The translations under genes were made by a program, and so were the position numbers. Positions 12,555 to 25,225 of a stretch of 64,000 nt of DNA are shown piece by piece. The DNA is from Macrostomum lignano (Eukaryota). Where the stretch lies: positions 124,001-188,000 of the forward strand of contig NIVC01000487.1 of assembly GCA_002269645.1 (NCBI GenBank). The letters are read 5' to 3'. Numbering within the stretch: the stretch's first letter is position 1; each line of letters starts with the position of its first letter. The notes under the pieces were generated by a model. That model was given only the letters and a program-made list of their open reading frames with translations, did no database searches and was not told where the DNA came from.

Positions 12555-13604
12555 AATCTAAAAAATAAAGAAAAGTTCCTATCTAGAAAACTCCTAACAG
12601 AAAATCTGAGCGAGCAGCAAAAGCTGAGTTGAAAAAAGCAGGCTGAGAAAGAAGATCTGAAAAGCGACAAAATCCAAGCGCTGCTGAGTTGCCCCGCTGA
12701 TGCGGAAGATGCTGAAAGAGAAGCTGCTTGGCTTGGATGTTCTCGCTTGACAGAGGCGGCACGGAAAAAAAAACTTGGAGCGAAAAAACGCAGGTAAAAA
12801 TGCTACGAAAGCGAAAGCAGAAAGCAGGAAAAAAGCATTGGAGCACCGAAAAGCAGAGTTTCGCAAAAAAGCGCAGAGCACTCAATTAAAAGCTGAAGGT
12901 GTTTTGGCCCTCCGGCCGCGTCGCCACCGAGTCGGCCTCCTGCCGCGGCTGCTCCGCCATCCAGGAGTCGCCGGGGCCGCCGCAGGCGCCGCAGCCGTCG
13001 CAGCCGCAGCCTCCGCAGTCGTCCTGGTCCAGCAGCTCCTGCAGGCTGCGGATGTAGGCGATGGCGGCCCGCAGGGTGGCGATCTTGCTCAGCCTCTGTC
13101 CGTCATCGCTCGGCACCAGCTGGCGAAGCCGCTCGAAGCCGAGGTTGAGCAGCTTGACGCGGTTCCGCTCGCGCTGGTTGCGACGCTGCATGGACGAGGC
13201 GGCCGGACGGGCGGCGGCGGCGACGTTGGCGGCGGCGTTTGAAGCAGCAGCGGCGTTTGAAGCGGCAGCGGCCGCGGCTTTGGCCGCCTCGGAGCCCGGC
13301 GGCTTCTGCGGCGGCCGAGGCGGCAGGTTGGAGCACCGCTCGCCCAGCGGCTGCCGAGTCGGCCCGGAGGCGTCGCCTGCTGCCCGGAGCTGCTGCAGTC
13401 GCAGGAAGGAGGGCACCGGCAAGTGCTGCCTGTCAGCTGTTGATGACATGGTCGCGTGTTTGGCCTGCGTTCTGACTGCCTGCTGAGTGCTAAACTGAGT
13501 GCGCCTGACACGAGGCCCGCCACGTGGCGCCTCCTTTTCTAGCCGTGGCCGCCGCCCCTCTCGCGTGGCCCCTGGGCTGCCCCAGGCCGTCTCCTATTGG
13601 CTGC
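12555..13604 (-). repeat. Right arm of inverted duplication
   Basis: Reverse complement of 235-1268, about 98% identical by eye. Confidence 0.92.
12886..13449 (-). CDS. ASCL: Achaete-scute family bHLH transcription factor, copy 2 (187 aa, single exon)
   Basis: Near-identical to copy 1. Differences seen by eye: an 18-nt in-frame insertion in the Ala tract, ACC>GTC (T>V), and 3 synonymous substitutions. The bHLH domain is identical. Confidence 0.92.
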   Translation of the reverse strand: MSSTADRQHLPVPSFLRLQQLRAAGDASGPTRQPLGERCSNLPPRPPQKPPGSEAAKAAAAAASNAAAASNAAANVAAAARPAASSMQRRNQRERNRVKLLNLGFERLRQLVPSDDGQRLSKIATLRAAIAYIRSLQELLDQDDCGGCGCDGCGACGGPGDSWMAEQPRQEADSVATRPEGQNTFSF

Positions 13605-14262
13605 CGGCTTCAGCCAATCAGGAAAGCTTTGAGTTTTGCTTCACGCGTAGAGGCAGGAAGGCTGCTAGACTGTGTGTCCTTGCTGAATTCTTTTCAGTAA
13701 ATCTCGATTCTTTTCTGCGACAGATGGCGCCCAAACATCTTCCTCTGTTCTACTCGATCGCTGAGACTGAATCTCTTCCGTTAACTGTTCCTTGTTGCCG
13801 TGGATTCCCGGGCCATAGCGTGCCGCTTCCCGCTGATTTCCGCTTCTAAATGCTTTTTCTCTGCTTGTTGTTGGGCGAGAAAATTGAGCTATAATTTGTA
13901 TTCGTACTGTTTCAATAGCAACCTGGTCTAGTCCTTTCTGTCACCTGGGCGCCATCGCTCAATTATGGGGGGGGGGCAATTAATCTGATTAACAACCCAG
14001 AAGCAATATGTCTCACAATTTTCATAAATCTGTTTTGGTCCCTCAAGCTGCTTTGCCTGCAATGTAGGGGGCAGGTGCCACCCAATAAACAGAGTTATTG
14101 CGAGTTCGGAGCTATATTGAAACAATTTCCTGAGCTTGTAAAATATTCTGCTTTCAATGCTTCATGACTTTTGTTTGTGAACAAATACTTCAGTGTAAAC
14201 TGGAGCTTCAGAAACTTTTAAATCTTGCGATTGCCTGATTTTAAACTAATCTGATGGAGATC

Positions 14263-14712
14263 TACTGACTGTAAGAGTCAGGAGTGTGTGTCAGCTCATT
14301 CTACTGACTGTGAGAGTCAGGAGAGTGTGTCAGTTCTGTATGAGATTCTACTGACTGTGAGAGTCAGGAGAGTGTGTCAGTTCTGTATGAGATTCTACTG
14401 ACTGTGAGAGTCAGGAGAGTGTGTCAGCTGTCTATGAGATTCTACTGATTGTGAGAGTCAGGAGAGTGTGTCAGCTCTCTATGAGATTCTACTGACTGAG
14501 TGTCAGGAATGTGTGTCAGCTCTCTATGAGATTCTACTGACTGAGTGTCAGGAATGTGTGTCAGCTCTTTATGAGATTCTGCTGACTGTGAGAGTCAGGA
14601 ATGTGTGTCAGCTCTCTATGAGATTCTACTGACTGTGACAGTCTGGAATTTGTGTCAGCTCTCTCAATGAGATTCTACTGTCTGTGAGTGTCAGGTCTCT
14701 ATGAGATTCTAC
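14263..14712. repeat. Minisatellite, ~47-bp unit (GAGATTCTACTGACTGTGAGAGTCAGGAG...)
   Basis: Period 47 (14341/14388), about 9 copies. Confidence 0.9.
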
Positions 14713-15167
14713 TCAAATTTCTATTTAATAGTTAAAAGTATTGACTACGGAGCTGTGCAGATTGAACTCACAACAGACAGCAAAATTTCAATTAAACTGC
14801 GAGAGCACATCGATCACACTGGAGTCTTCAGCCCTTCACATTGCGCAAGTTCAGCACAAGAGAAACAGCTGAGACCCCACGGCAGTCTTCTGTAACCCAA
14901 ACCCATCATCGCGAATTTGTCCAGCCTGCGCGATCTGTGCCTGTGCAACAAGTTTTTGGTTTTCAACATCGCCATGGACCACACTGGGTCTGCTCTGGAC
15001 TGCGAATCCCAAATTCGATAATACGAGCGTACTAACTTATTAGCATCATGCCCGATTGCCGATTCTGTAAAAGAAAAATGACCGTAAAAATGTAACCTTT
15101 GATATTGGCGTACAAACAGGATTTCAAACAGTAAAAATATGTGCGTGGACCTGCCAATGTTCCTGAG

Positions 15168-15855
15168 TGGCTGCGGCGCAAAAATGAGTCACTGCAGGGC
15201 CAAAATGAGTGACTGCGGGGCCAAAATGAGTAACTGCAGGGCCATAATGAGTGACTGCGGGGCCAAAATGAGTAGCTGCAGGGCCAAAATGAGTGACTGC
15301 GGGGCCAAAATGAGTAACTGCAGGGCCAAAATGAGTTACTGCAGGGCCAAAATGAGTTACTGCAGGGCCAAAATGAGTCACTAAAGGGCCAAAATAAGTA
15401 ACTGAAGGGCCATAATGAGTTACTGCAGGGCCAAAATGAGTCACTAAAGGGCCAAAATAAGCAACTGAAGGGCCATAATGAGTCACTGCAGGGCCATAAT
15501 GAGTCAGTGCAGGGCCAAAATGAGTGACTGCGGGGCCAAAATGAGTAACTGCAGGGCCAAAATGAGTGACTGCGGGGCCAAAATGAGTGACTGCGGGGCC
15601 AAAATGAGTAACTGCAGGGCCAAAATGAGTCACTAAAGGGCCAAAATAAGTAACTGAAGGGCCATAATGAGTTACTGCAGGGCCAAAATGAGTCACTAAA
15701 GGGCCAAAATAAGCAACTGAAGGGCCATAATGAGTCACTGCAGGGCCATAATGAGTCAGTGCAGGGCCAAAATGAGTGACTGCGGGGCCAAAATGAGTAA
15801 CTGCAGGGCCAAAATGAGTCACTGCAGGGCCAAAATGAGTGCCTGTGGCGCCAAA
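15168..15855. repeat. Minisatellite, 21-bp unit GGCCAAAATGAGTAACTGCAG
   Basis: About 33 copies; source of the spurious GPAVTHF ORF. Confidence 0.93.
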
Positions 15856-16799
15856 ATCAGTATTAGCAACCCCAATTTCCAAAATACTGCGGGAATGTCA
15901 TCATAGGAATTTTACGAATTGCTTATCTCTTTTTATCAGTTCGTTTTGTTTTGTAACCTCCCACCAAAATATCCATGGCGACACCGTAGCCGACAAAAGT
16001 TATTTGTTCTGAACTCTGAACTAATTGTTTTTCTTTGGCTTGCTTCCAGTCCAGCTGATCTGTCCCAGGCGTCCATGTCCCAGCCCGTATCAATAGCTAT
16101 CTCAGCTAGTCCCAGGCCAAATCAATAGCAATCAATGATGACGGACGCGAGGTCCCCATCCCAGGGCTAAATTGCAGCCCGCATGTTGGCTTACGGGAGG
16201 CCCAGCTTATTGTGCAATAATAACCCAGAATTCTAATCTCTACTGCCACACAGACAGTCTGACAGCGGATCAGCTGAAGTCAGTTCAGCCAACACAGGTT
16301 AACGCATGCATGTAGATTGTATTGTAAAATTGAAACGCTTAATTTAATTATAGCCATAATTTCCAGACGCTTATCATATCTGAATCGTTGCGCAGTACAT
16401 GTATTTATTGTCTAAAGCCATAATGCTTGGACGATATTTCATAAGAAAGTTCCAATTCAATATCCTTGGTTCAGTTTTTGACCCTTTCGATTGTAAGCAA
16501 ACTTTCGGGCTCAGGGACAGACGTGCCGTATAATTGATTTTCCCAAGACTTGAGGAGCAATCCCACGTGAGCTCAAGTGAAGTCTCGACAGTCCAATGTT
16601 TATTGTCTGTTAGTGTTGACACAGCTGTGAGCTCTCTGAGTCTGTCTTTGAGATGCTCTCTCAACTGTACAGTATTTGAACTGTCTGTGAAGTTTTTCTT
16701 TCATATATTCATAGTCCAAGTGGTCACGTGCCTCCTCACTTGACTGAGGGGAAAGAGAAATCTTGTGCTGAAATTTCAATAAAATTGGCTGATTTAATG

Positions 16800-17415
16800 A
16801 CCGAATCTTCACCAACCCGAATCTTCACCAATCCGAATCTTCACCAATCTGAATCTTCACCAATCTGAATCTTCACCAATCCGAATCTTCACCAATCTGA
16901 ATCTTCACCAATCTGAATCTTCACCAATCCGAATCTTCACCAATCTGAATCTTCACCAATCCGAATCTTCACCAATACAAATCTTCACCAATACAAATCT
17001 TCACCAATACAAATCTTCACCAATCTGAATCTTCACCAATCCGAATCTTCACCAATACAAATCTTCACCAACACGAATCTTTACCAACCCGAATCTTCAC
17101 CAACTCGAATCTTTACCAATCGGAATCTTCACCAACACGAATCTTTACCAACCCGAATCTTCACCAACTCGAATCTTTACCAACTTTAATCTTCACCAAA
17201 CCGAATCTTCAAACAATCCGAATCTTCACCAACCCGAATCTTCACCAATACAAATCTTCACCGATCCGAATCTTCACCAAACCGAATCTTCACCAATCCA
17301 AATCTTTACCGATCCGAATCTTCACCAATCCGAATCTTCACCAACCCGAATCTTTACCAACCCGAATATTCACCAATCCGAATCTTCACCAATCCGAAGC
17401 TTCACCAACTCGAAT
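16800..17415. repeat. Minisatellite, 16-bp unit AATCCGAATCTTCACC
   Basis: Period 16 (16801/16817), about 38 copies. Confidence 0.93.
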
Positions 17416-18164
17416 CCGAATTTGAAATTCCAATTTTGAAACCGAAAATTTAACAACCTAGCAAAATGAAGTGTCTCAAGGCCATCTCAGTTTTATTATA
17501 ATTCGACTTCCAAGAAACTGATTGATGGATTTCCCCTGGCGCCCCAGCAACAGTTTCTAAGGAGGCGGATTTTTTGATAGATTAAAAAAGTCACCAAACC
17601 CATCCAGTACGCTGAAGTTACGCTGAGCCAAGATTCCAATAAATTGAGTAGCACTTGAGAACATGTAACCGTTCACTCTCGCTTTTCCCATGCCACACAG
17701 AGTTCGCTTTCTCTCTCAATTCCGCTCCCTCGACTTCCTGAGGATGCTGAGCAACTGAGACGCCACTTGAGACCAAGTCTTGAATGTTTGACCTCATTCG
17801 TCTATTATAGCGACTGCTTCTAATTGTTACTGCCCCGCAGTCTCTCGGCTTCATCATTCTCCTTCCGGTGCTCCGTGGGAACAGCACCATAAGTGTGTGT
17901 GTACGCCGCGTTTTTATAGAGAAACGTGGCTTGAGTCCGTCGCTTTGACTGCAGTTATAAGCTACTCATGCTCAACAGGCTCATTGACTGCCCCGTTGTA
18001 TGAATTTGAGTCACTTATAAGCTTCTCCTGCTCTGCCTCCTTGAGCACGAGTTTTTCGATTCGATTGCGGGGTGAATTCTCAGTGAGTGAAGGGGGTGAA
18101 TAAACTAAAAATATATTCAGAGTGATCTCCAATCTTTATCTGCTCTGCCTCTGCATCATTGAAT

Positions 18165-19300
18165 GACTCCCTTCTCTCTCATCTATCCCTTCTGCATCTC
18201 TTCCTCAGCTCTCCTCAGTCTCGCTTCTTTTCTCTTCTCCTCTCTCATCTCTTCTCCTCTCTCATCTCTTCTCCTCTCTCATCTCTTCTCCTCTCTCATC
18301 TCTTCTCCTCTCTCATCTCTTCTCCTCTCTCATCTCTTCTCCTCTCTCATCTCTTCTCCTTTCTCATCTCTTCTCATCTCTCTGCTCTTCTCTCCTCTTC
18401 TCCTCTCTCATCTCTTCTCCTCTCTCATCTCTTCTCCTCTCTCATCTCTTCTCCTTTCTCATCTCTTCTCCTCTCTCTGCTCTTCTCTCCTCTTCTCCTC
18501 TCTCATCTCTTCTCCTCTCTCATCTCTTCTCCTCTCTCATCTCTTCTCCTCTCTCATCTCTTCTCCTCTCTCATCTCTTCTCCTCTCTCATCTCTTCTCC
18601 TCTCTCATCTCTTCTCCTCTCTCATCTCTTCTCCTCTCTCATCTCTTCTCCTTTCTCATCTCTTCTCATCTCTCTGCTCTTCTCTCCTCTTCTCCTCTCT
18701 CATCTCTTCTCCTCTCTCATCTCTTCTCCTCTCTCATCTCTTCTCCTTTCTCATCTCTTCTCCTCTCTCTGCTCTTCTCTCCTCTTCTCCTCTCTCATCT
18801 CTTCTCCTCTCTCATCTCTTCTCCTCTCTCATCTCTTCTCCTCTCTCATCTCTTCTCCTTTCTCATCTCTTCTCATCTCTCTGCTCTTCTCTCCTCTTCT
18901 CCTCTCTCATCTCTTCTCCTTTCTCATCTCTTCTCCTCTCTCATCTCTTCTCCTTTCTCATCTCTTCTCCTCTCTCTGCTCTTCTCTCCTCTTCTCCTCT
19001 CTTATCTCTTCTCTTCTCTCTCCTCTTCTCCTCTCTCATCTCTTCTCCTCTCTCATCTCTTCTCCTCTCTCATCTCTTCTCCTTTCTCATCTCTTCTCCT
19101 CTCTCTGCTCTTCTCTCCTCTTCTCCTCTCTCATCTCTTCTCTTCTCTCTTCTCTTCTCCTCTCTCATCCCTTCTCATCTGTCACCTCTTCTCATCTGTC
19201 ATCTCTTCTCTTCTCTTTCACATCTGCTTCTTTCTCATCTATTCTCCGCTCTCATCTTTTCTCTTCTTTCCCTCATATCTTCTTCTCTCTCATCTCTCCT
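18165..19300. repeat. Pyrimidine-rich array, 17-bp unit TCTCTTCTCCTCTCTCA
   Basis: Nearly pure C/T for ~1.1 kb. Confidence 0.95.
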
Positions 19301-20624
19301 CGCCTCGCCATTCTACTTTGATATGAAAATTGAAGCAAATATGAAACTTTTGCGGCTGTAAAAGGAACTGATATAGCAGAATGCTTAAGACGGTCCTGTT
19401 GCAATGCTCTGATGGCATTCGCCTTGTTGCCAGTGTGGTGTGAGTCAAAATTCTGAGCAGCAGAGCTTCCGGCCGAGTAAAGACAGACAAAAAGATGAAT
19501 CGCTCGGCTGCGTCCCTGCTAGTTTAATTAATTAATTAATTCTTGTCAGCTTCCTGTCTCATCTTACCGACTCGCCATTTTTTTAGTAAAAATGGGAAGT
19601 CAGAGGCTGAAGGGTGGGAATTTAACGACAGTTGGTTAAAGATGAAGCTAGCTGATAGTCGCCTCCCTCCTCCCAGTTATCTCATCTCGCTCTGGCTCCA
19701 GTTTTGCCTGCACAAGAGCTAAAATGAGGTTTTGAATAGCCTTGGGGCGAGATCCAAGTTGCAGTTCGAGTGGAAGCCAACAGAAGGGAAAATTCTATTC
19801 AAATTTTTTCAAAGTTCTCCCCTTTGGGAGAATTCATTGAAAATAAAGTTTTTTCCCGTAATCACAAGACCCTGCCCCAACATCTGAGCACATCTGTTAT
19901 TGCAGACCCCAAGCTGCACAGATGCGCTGGCAATATTCATAAATTTAATCAATGAAAAAAGGATCGCGAAATTCTATCAAACAGATTGGGCGAATTTCAA
20001 ATTCCAATTCGCACTCATCCTTCTGCTACGCATAGTCTGGGGACATATTTTCATATGCGATATATTTATTGCCCAAGGGTCAGCACAAGGGCTCGAAATT
20101 GAATTCGTTTGAGTAGGAGCTTACAACACTTCGAGGTGGAATTTTGAGAGAGGAATTTTTAATTAAAAGCAGAGCAGAGAAAGAAGTGACCGTTGCTCTC
20201 AGAGCACCTCCTGTCAGGGTTTGTGGGGCCAGCACACCGATTGCGTATTCAGGCTATGAAGTTATGAAATATTAAGGTGAAAGTGTATGACAGATTTTGA
20301 CCTCGGCGAGCCTCCCCCCCCCCCGCTGGGAACCTAAAGGAAGTCTTCTATTCTCCCTAAAGTATTTTAGGGCATAAATAAATCGATTCCAGTTTAGCTA
20401 TGCCAGTCATTTTCTCAGCTTGAGTTTTTATAACTTTAGATTGCGGAATCAAAACTGGGTGATGAGACTGAAAATTGAATTATATATTTTCTTACAGACA
20501 TCTATGATACAAACTACTAATAGTGGCATGGTTGTAAATCTTGAGATTTAAAAATGAAAATAAACTTTCTGCGAACAGCACTTGGCACAGAAAAGCCTGT
20601 TAAAAGTGACAGTTACCCTCACTC

Positions 20625-22035
20625 ACCAGTAAGCACCGGTGAGTGACAAGTTAGGAGTGACAGTTCACAGTAAGCACCGGAGAGTGACAGGTTAGGAGTG
20701 ACAGTTCACATTAAGCACCGGTGAGTGACAGGTTAGGAGTGACAGTTCACATTAAGCACCGATGAGTGACAAGTTAGGAGTGACAGTTCCCATTAAGCAC
20801 CGGTGAGTGACAGGTTAGGAGTGACAGTTCACAGTAAGCACCGGTGAGTGACAGGTTAGGAGTGACAGTTCACAGTAAGCACCGATGAGTGACAGTTCAC
20901 AGTAAGCACCGGTGAGTGACAGGTTAGGAGTGACAGTTCACAGTAAGCACCGGTGAGTGACAGGTTAGGAGTGACAGTTCACAGTAAGCACCGGTGAGTG
21001 ACAGGTTAGGAGTGACAGTTCACAGTAAGCACCGATGAGTGACAGTTCACAGTAAGCACCGGTGAGTGACAGGTTAGGAGTGACAGTTCACAGTAAGCAC
21101 CGTTGAGTGACAGGTTAGGAGTGACAGTTCACAGTAAGCACCGGTGAGTGACAGGTTAGGAGTGACAGTTCACAGTAAGCACCAATGAGTGACAGTTCAC
21201 AGTAAGCACCGATGAGTGACAAGTTAGGAGTGACAGTTCACAGTAAGCACCGTTGAGTGACAGGTTAGGAGTGACAGTTCACAGTAAGCACCGTTGAGGG
21301 ACAGGTTAGGAGTGACAGTTCACAGTAAGCACCGGTGAGTGACAGGTTAGGAGTGACAGTTCACAGTAAGCACCGGTGAGTGACAGGTTAGGAGTGACAG
21401 TTCACATTAAGCACCGATGAGTGACAGTTCACAGTAAGCACCGCTGAGTGATCTAAGTTAAGAGTGACAGCTCACAGGTAGCCCCGCTGAGTGATCCAAG
21501 TTAGGAGTGACAGTTCACAGTAAGCACCGCTGAGTGATCCAAGTTAAGAGTGACAGCTCACAGTAAGCATCGGCGAGTGACAAGTCAAGAGTGACAGCTC
21601 ACAGTAAGCACCGCTGAGTGATCTAAGTTAAGAGTGACAGCTTACAGTAAGCATCGGCGAGTGACAAGTCAAGAGTGACAGCTCACAGTAAGCACCGCTG
21701 AGTGATCCAAGTTAAGAGTGACAGCTCACAGTAAGCACCGCTGAGTGATCCAAGTTAAGAGTGACAGCTCACAGTAAGCATCGGCGAGTGACAAGTCAAG
21801 AGTGACAGCTCACAGTAAGCACCGCTGAGTGATCTAAGTTAAGAGTGACAGCTTACAGTAAGCATCGGCGAGTGACAAGTCAAGAGTGACAGCTCACAGT
21901 AAGCACCGCTGAGTGATCCAAGTTAAGAGTGACAGCTCACAGTAAGCACCGCTGAGTGATCCAAGTTAAGAGTGACAGCTCACAGTAAGCACCGCTGAGT
22001 GATCCAAGTTAAGAGTGACAGCTCACAGTAAGCAC
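20625..22035. repeat. Minisatellite, 41-bp unit (ACAGTAAGCACCGGTGAGTGACAGGTTAGGAGTGACAGTTC) switching to a 43-bp variant
   Basis: The variant switch occurs near 21430; shorter deletion units are interspersed. Confidence 0.95.
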
Positions 22036-22348
22036 TGTGCAGGCAGGTCAGTATTCCTACAGCCATGATTGACATCTTGAAAGAAATTCTCCTTGCACTT
22101 CTGCTCCCAGTGCAGCGGATAAATAAACTCCTCAGCAATCGGAAAGCATTCTGGCAGCCCCGGCTACGAATTTAGCAGCAACCTGTTGGCGCAGTATTTA
22201 CTCCCCTCACTCCTCGGATAAACACAGCACAGCTGGGGCTGCCTGAACGGTGGACAAATCAGATCTGGAAAACTGGGAGCGGAGTTTGGGATTTGGTAAG
22301 GAAGCGGATGCGGAGGCAGGACCTGACACCCAAGCCGAATGGCGCAGT

Positions 22349-22355
22349 TATAAAA
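22349..22355 (+). promoter_or_regulatory. TATA box of the EF-hand-like gene
   Basis: TATAAAA 75 bp upstream of the ATG at 22424, whose exon ends in a perfect GTAAGT donor. Confidence 0.55.
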
Positions 22356-22423
22356 GCCTCCATTAAAGTCTGCAGGTCACCGCTGCTGCGGCCTCGACTT
22401 CGGTTCAGTGTGGGCAATCGAGA

Positions 22424-25225
22424 ATGCAGCAGCGAAGTGAATTTGTCGTCTACGTGTAAGTTGTGACACTCTAGTGGCTGTCTGCTGCGCTTGGGGCAGG
22501 GAGTGGGAGATTTCGGGAGTGGGAGATTTCGGGAGTGGGAGATTTCGGGAGTGGGAGATTTCGGGAGTGGGAGATTTCGGGAGTGGGAGATTTCGGGAAT
22601 GGGAGATTTCGGGAGTGGGAGATTTCGGGAGTGGGAGATTTCGGGAGTGGGAGATTTCGGGAGTGGGAGATTTCGGGAGTGGGAGATTTCGGGAGTGGGA
22701 GATTTCGGGAATGGGAGATTTCGGGAGTGGGAGATTTCGGGAGTGGGAGATTTCGGGAGTGGGAGATTTCGGGAGTGGGAGATTTCGGGAATGGGAGATT
22801 TCGGGAGTGGGAGATTTCGGGAATGGGAGATTTCGGGAATGAGAGATTTCGGGAATGAGAGATTTCGGGAATGAGAGATTTCGGGAATGGAAGATTTCGA
22901 GAACGGGAGATTTCAGGAACGGGAGATTTCAGGAACGGGAGATTTCGAGAATTGGAGACTATTGGACATGGGAAATGAGAACTTTTGAGTATAAGGGATT
23001 TTAGAGAATCAAGTGACTGCTAACAAAGTTTTAGATAATTTCATTACTAGCAATGAAACCAATTTTTTATGCCTCATCAGCCAAGGTGAGTCCTCAGACT
23101 CCGCCGCCAGTTCAGGCATTCGCCGGCCAGCTCACAGTCAGTCCTTCTACGACAAACCGGGAACAGGTGCTGTGGACAGCGTGCCGCCGCAGGAGGCGGA
23201 CCACCTGTCCATCGACTGCCTCTCGTATCGGCGAGGAGGCGGTTGCCGGCGAGTCAGACTGGACACCGAGGGCCGGCAAAACCTCGGCAGGGTGGTGAGG
23301 GAAGCAGGCGTCTGATGGATAAAATCTTTGATGGGGGTGACTTACCAAGAGAGTGACTTTCCGTGAGTTAATTTCTTGAGAGTGACTTTCCCGACAGAGT
23401 GACTTTCCCGACAGAGTGACTTTCCCGATAGAGTGACTTTCCCGACAGAGTGACTTTCCCGATAGAGTGACTTTCCCGACAGAGTGACTTTCCCGATAGA
23501 GTGACTTTCCCGACAGAGTGACTTTCTCGACAGAGTGACTTTCCCGATAGAGTGACTTTCCCGACAGAGTGACTTTCCCGATAGAGTGACTTTCCCGATA
23601 GAGTGACTTTCCCGACAGAGTGACTTTCTCGACAGAGTGACTTTCCCGATAGAGTGACTTTCCCGACAGAGTGACTTTCCCGATAGAGTGACTTTCCCGA
23701 TAGAGTGACTTTCCCGACAGAGTGACTTTCCCGACAGAGTGACTTTCCCGATAGAGTGACTTTGCCGACAGAGTGAGTTTCTCTGTGAGGAGTGACTTTC
23801 CCGGCAGAGTGAATTTCTCTGTGAGGAGTGACTTTCCCGGCAGAGTGAATTTCTTTGTGAGGAGTGAATTTCCCGACAGAGTGACTTTCTCTGTGAGGAT
23901 TTCCCCCCGACAGAGTGACTTTCCCGAGAGCGTGAGTTTCTATGTGAAGAGTGACTTTCCCGACAGAGTGACTTTCCTGACAGGGTGAGTTTCTCCATGA
24001 GGAGTGACTTTCCCGACAGAGTGACTTTCTGGGAGAGCGGGAGAGTTATTCTTTACTTGAACCTACACTTCTAGAACGGCGAGAACATGTTTTGTTTTAT
24101 TTCAGGAGCTGCTAGTTGATGAAAATCCCGTCTCAGAGGCGGCATTGGAAGGTAAGCGGCATTTTCACTGCCTCTACAAAATCCATTGTGAAAAATCATC
24201 TCCTCGCTTCATCTGCCGCAACCACCTCGCCTAGTCGCCGACGCCGTGTTTCGCCGAATCGCCGGCCGCGCCCAACTGCAGCCAGAAGGCCTCGCCGCTG
24301 CCTGCGGTGCTCTTGGCTTTCACTGCGGCAGCGATGGCCGTGAAAACGGGGGAGCCGCAGGATGGGCCGGCCTCATCGCTGATGGAGGTGAGATTCTGGA
24401 AATTGGTAGGGTGGATCTGTAGATTGATAAATAGGGTGGATCTGTAGATTGATAAATAGGGTGGATCTGTAGATTGATAGATAGGGTGGATCTGTAGATT
24501 GATAGATAGGGTGGATCTGTAGATTGATAAATAGGGTGGATCTGTAGATTGATAGATAGGGTGGATCTGTAGATTGATAGATAGGGTGGATCTGTAGATT
24601 GATAGATAGGGTGGATCTGTAGATTGATAAATAGGGTGGATCTGTAGATTGATAGATAGGGTGGATCTGTAGATTGATAGATAGGGTGGATCTGTAGATT
24701 GATAGATAGGGTGAATCTGCAGATTGATAGATAGGGTAGATCTGCAGATTGATAGATAGGGTAGATCTGCAGATTGATAGATTGGGTAGATCTGCAGATT
24801 GATAGATTGGGTAAATCTGCAGATTGATAGATTGGGTAGATCTGCAGATTGATCGATTGGGTAGATCTGCAGATTGATAGATTGGGTAGATCAATAAAAC
24901 TCAGGAGACTGACCGAATCCCGCAGGCAGCGGCTGCATCAGCAGGTCAAATTTTCTAGCCATGTTCGCCGCCCAACTGCTCAGAGATCGGGACGCCGCGG
25001 CGGAGGACTCGGGATCGGGGAGAGCAGACTTTGCGCTGGCGCCTGCCGATCTTCGCTGGCTGACTCGGCGAATGGCGAGCAAAGGTACACCTGTAGTTCG
25101 GGTCTTGTTGACCTTTTGACACTACTTTCAGCAGAAATGTACATTTTTAAGTTCGAAAAATATTCCTTGCAGAGAGCCAATCGTGGACAGCTTCGTACAG
25201 CGAGTGGAGCCTTGATCCCTACTAA
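22424..25225 (+). CDS. Uncharacterised 218-aa protein with a degenerate EF-hand-like pair; join(22424..22455,23081..23294,24106..24151,24235..24387,24926..25084,25173..25225)
   Basis: All five introns are GT-AG and phase-compatible (2,0,1,1,1). Total 657 nt, ATG to TAA, no internal stop. Protein: MQQRSEFVVYVQGESS...VADAVFRRIAGRAQLQPEGLAAACGALGF...LIADGGSGCISRSNFLAMF...SEWSLDPY. The EF-hand assignment is by motif resemblance only. Confidence 0.72.
22495..22950. repeat. Intronic minisatellite, 16-bp unit GGGAGTGGGAGATTTC
   Basis: Period 16 (22501/22517); lies in intron 1 of the 22424 gene. Confidence 0.95.
23348..24030. repeat. Intronic minisatellite, 17-bp unit AGAGTGACTTTCCCGA(C/T)
   Basis: Period 17 (23401/23418); lies in intron 2. 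Confidence 0.95.
24408..24890. repeat. Intronic minisatellite, 25-bp unit GGGTGGATCTGTAGATTGATAGATA
   Basis: About 19 copies with a polar variant gradient; lies in intron 4. Confidence 0.95.

Noticed and set aside
15124-15882. 252-aa GPAVTHF-repeat ORF (similarly CTNLDTT at 42690 and MAKPICTLFVSILS at 47755)
   Set aside because: The unit length is a multiple of 3, so the frame is open trivially; no flanking coding signal.
18159-19361. 400-aa and 387-aa Leu/Ser ORFs (also 3248-4010, the distal part of 29170-30264, and 60938-61834)
   Set aside because: These are translations of CT/AG simple repeats.
23112-23348. Minus-strand ORF (IREAVDGQVVRLLRRH...) as a terminal exon
   Set aside because: The plus-strand frame of the same DNA joins in phase with flanking exons to give a complete gene, so this is its antisense shadow.
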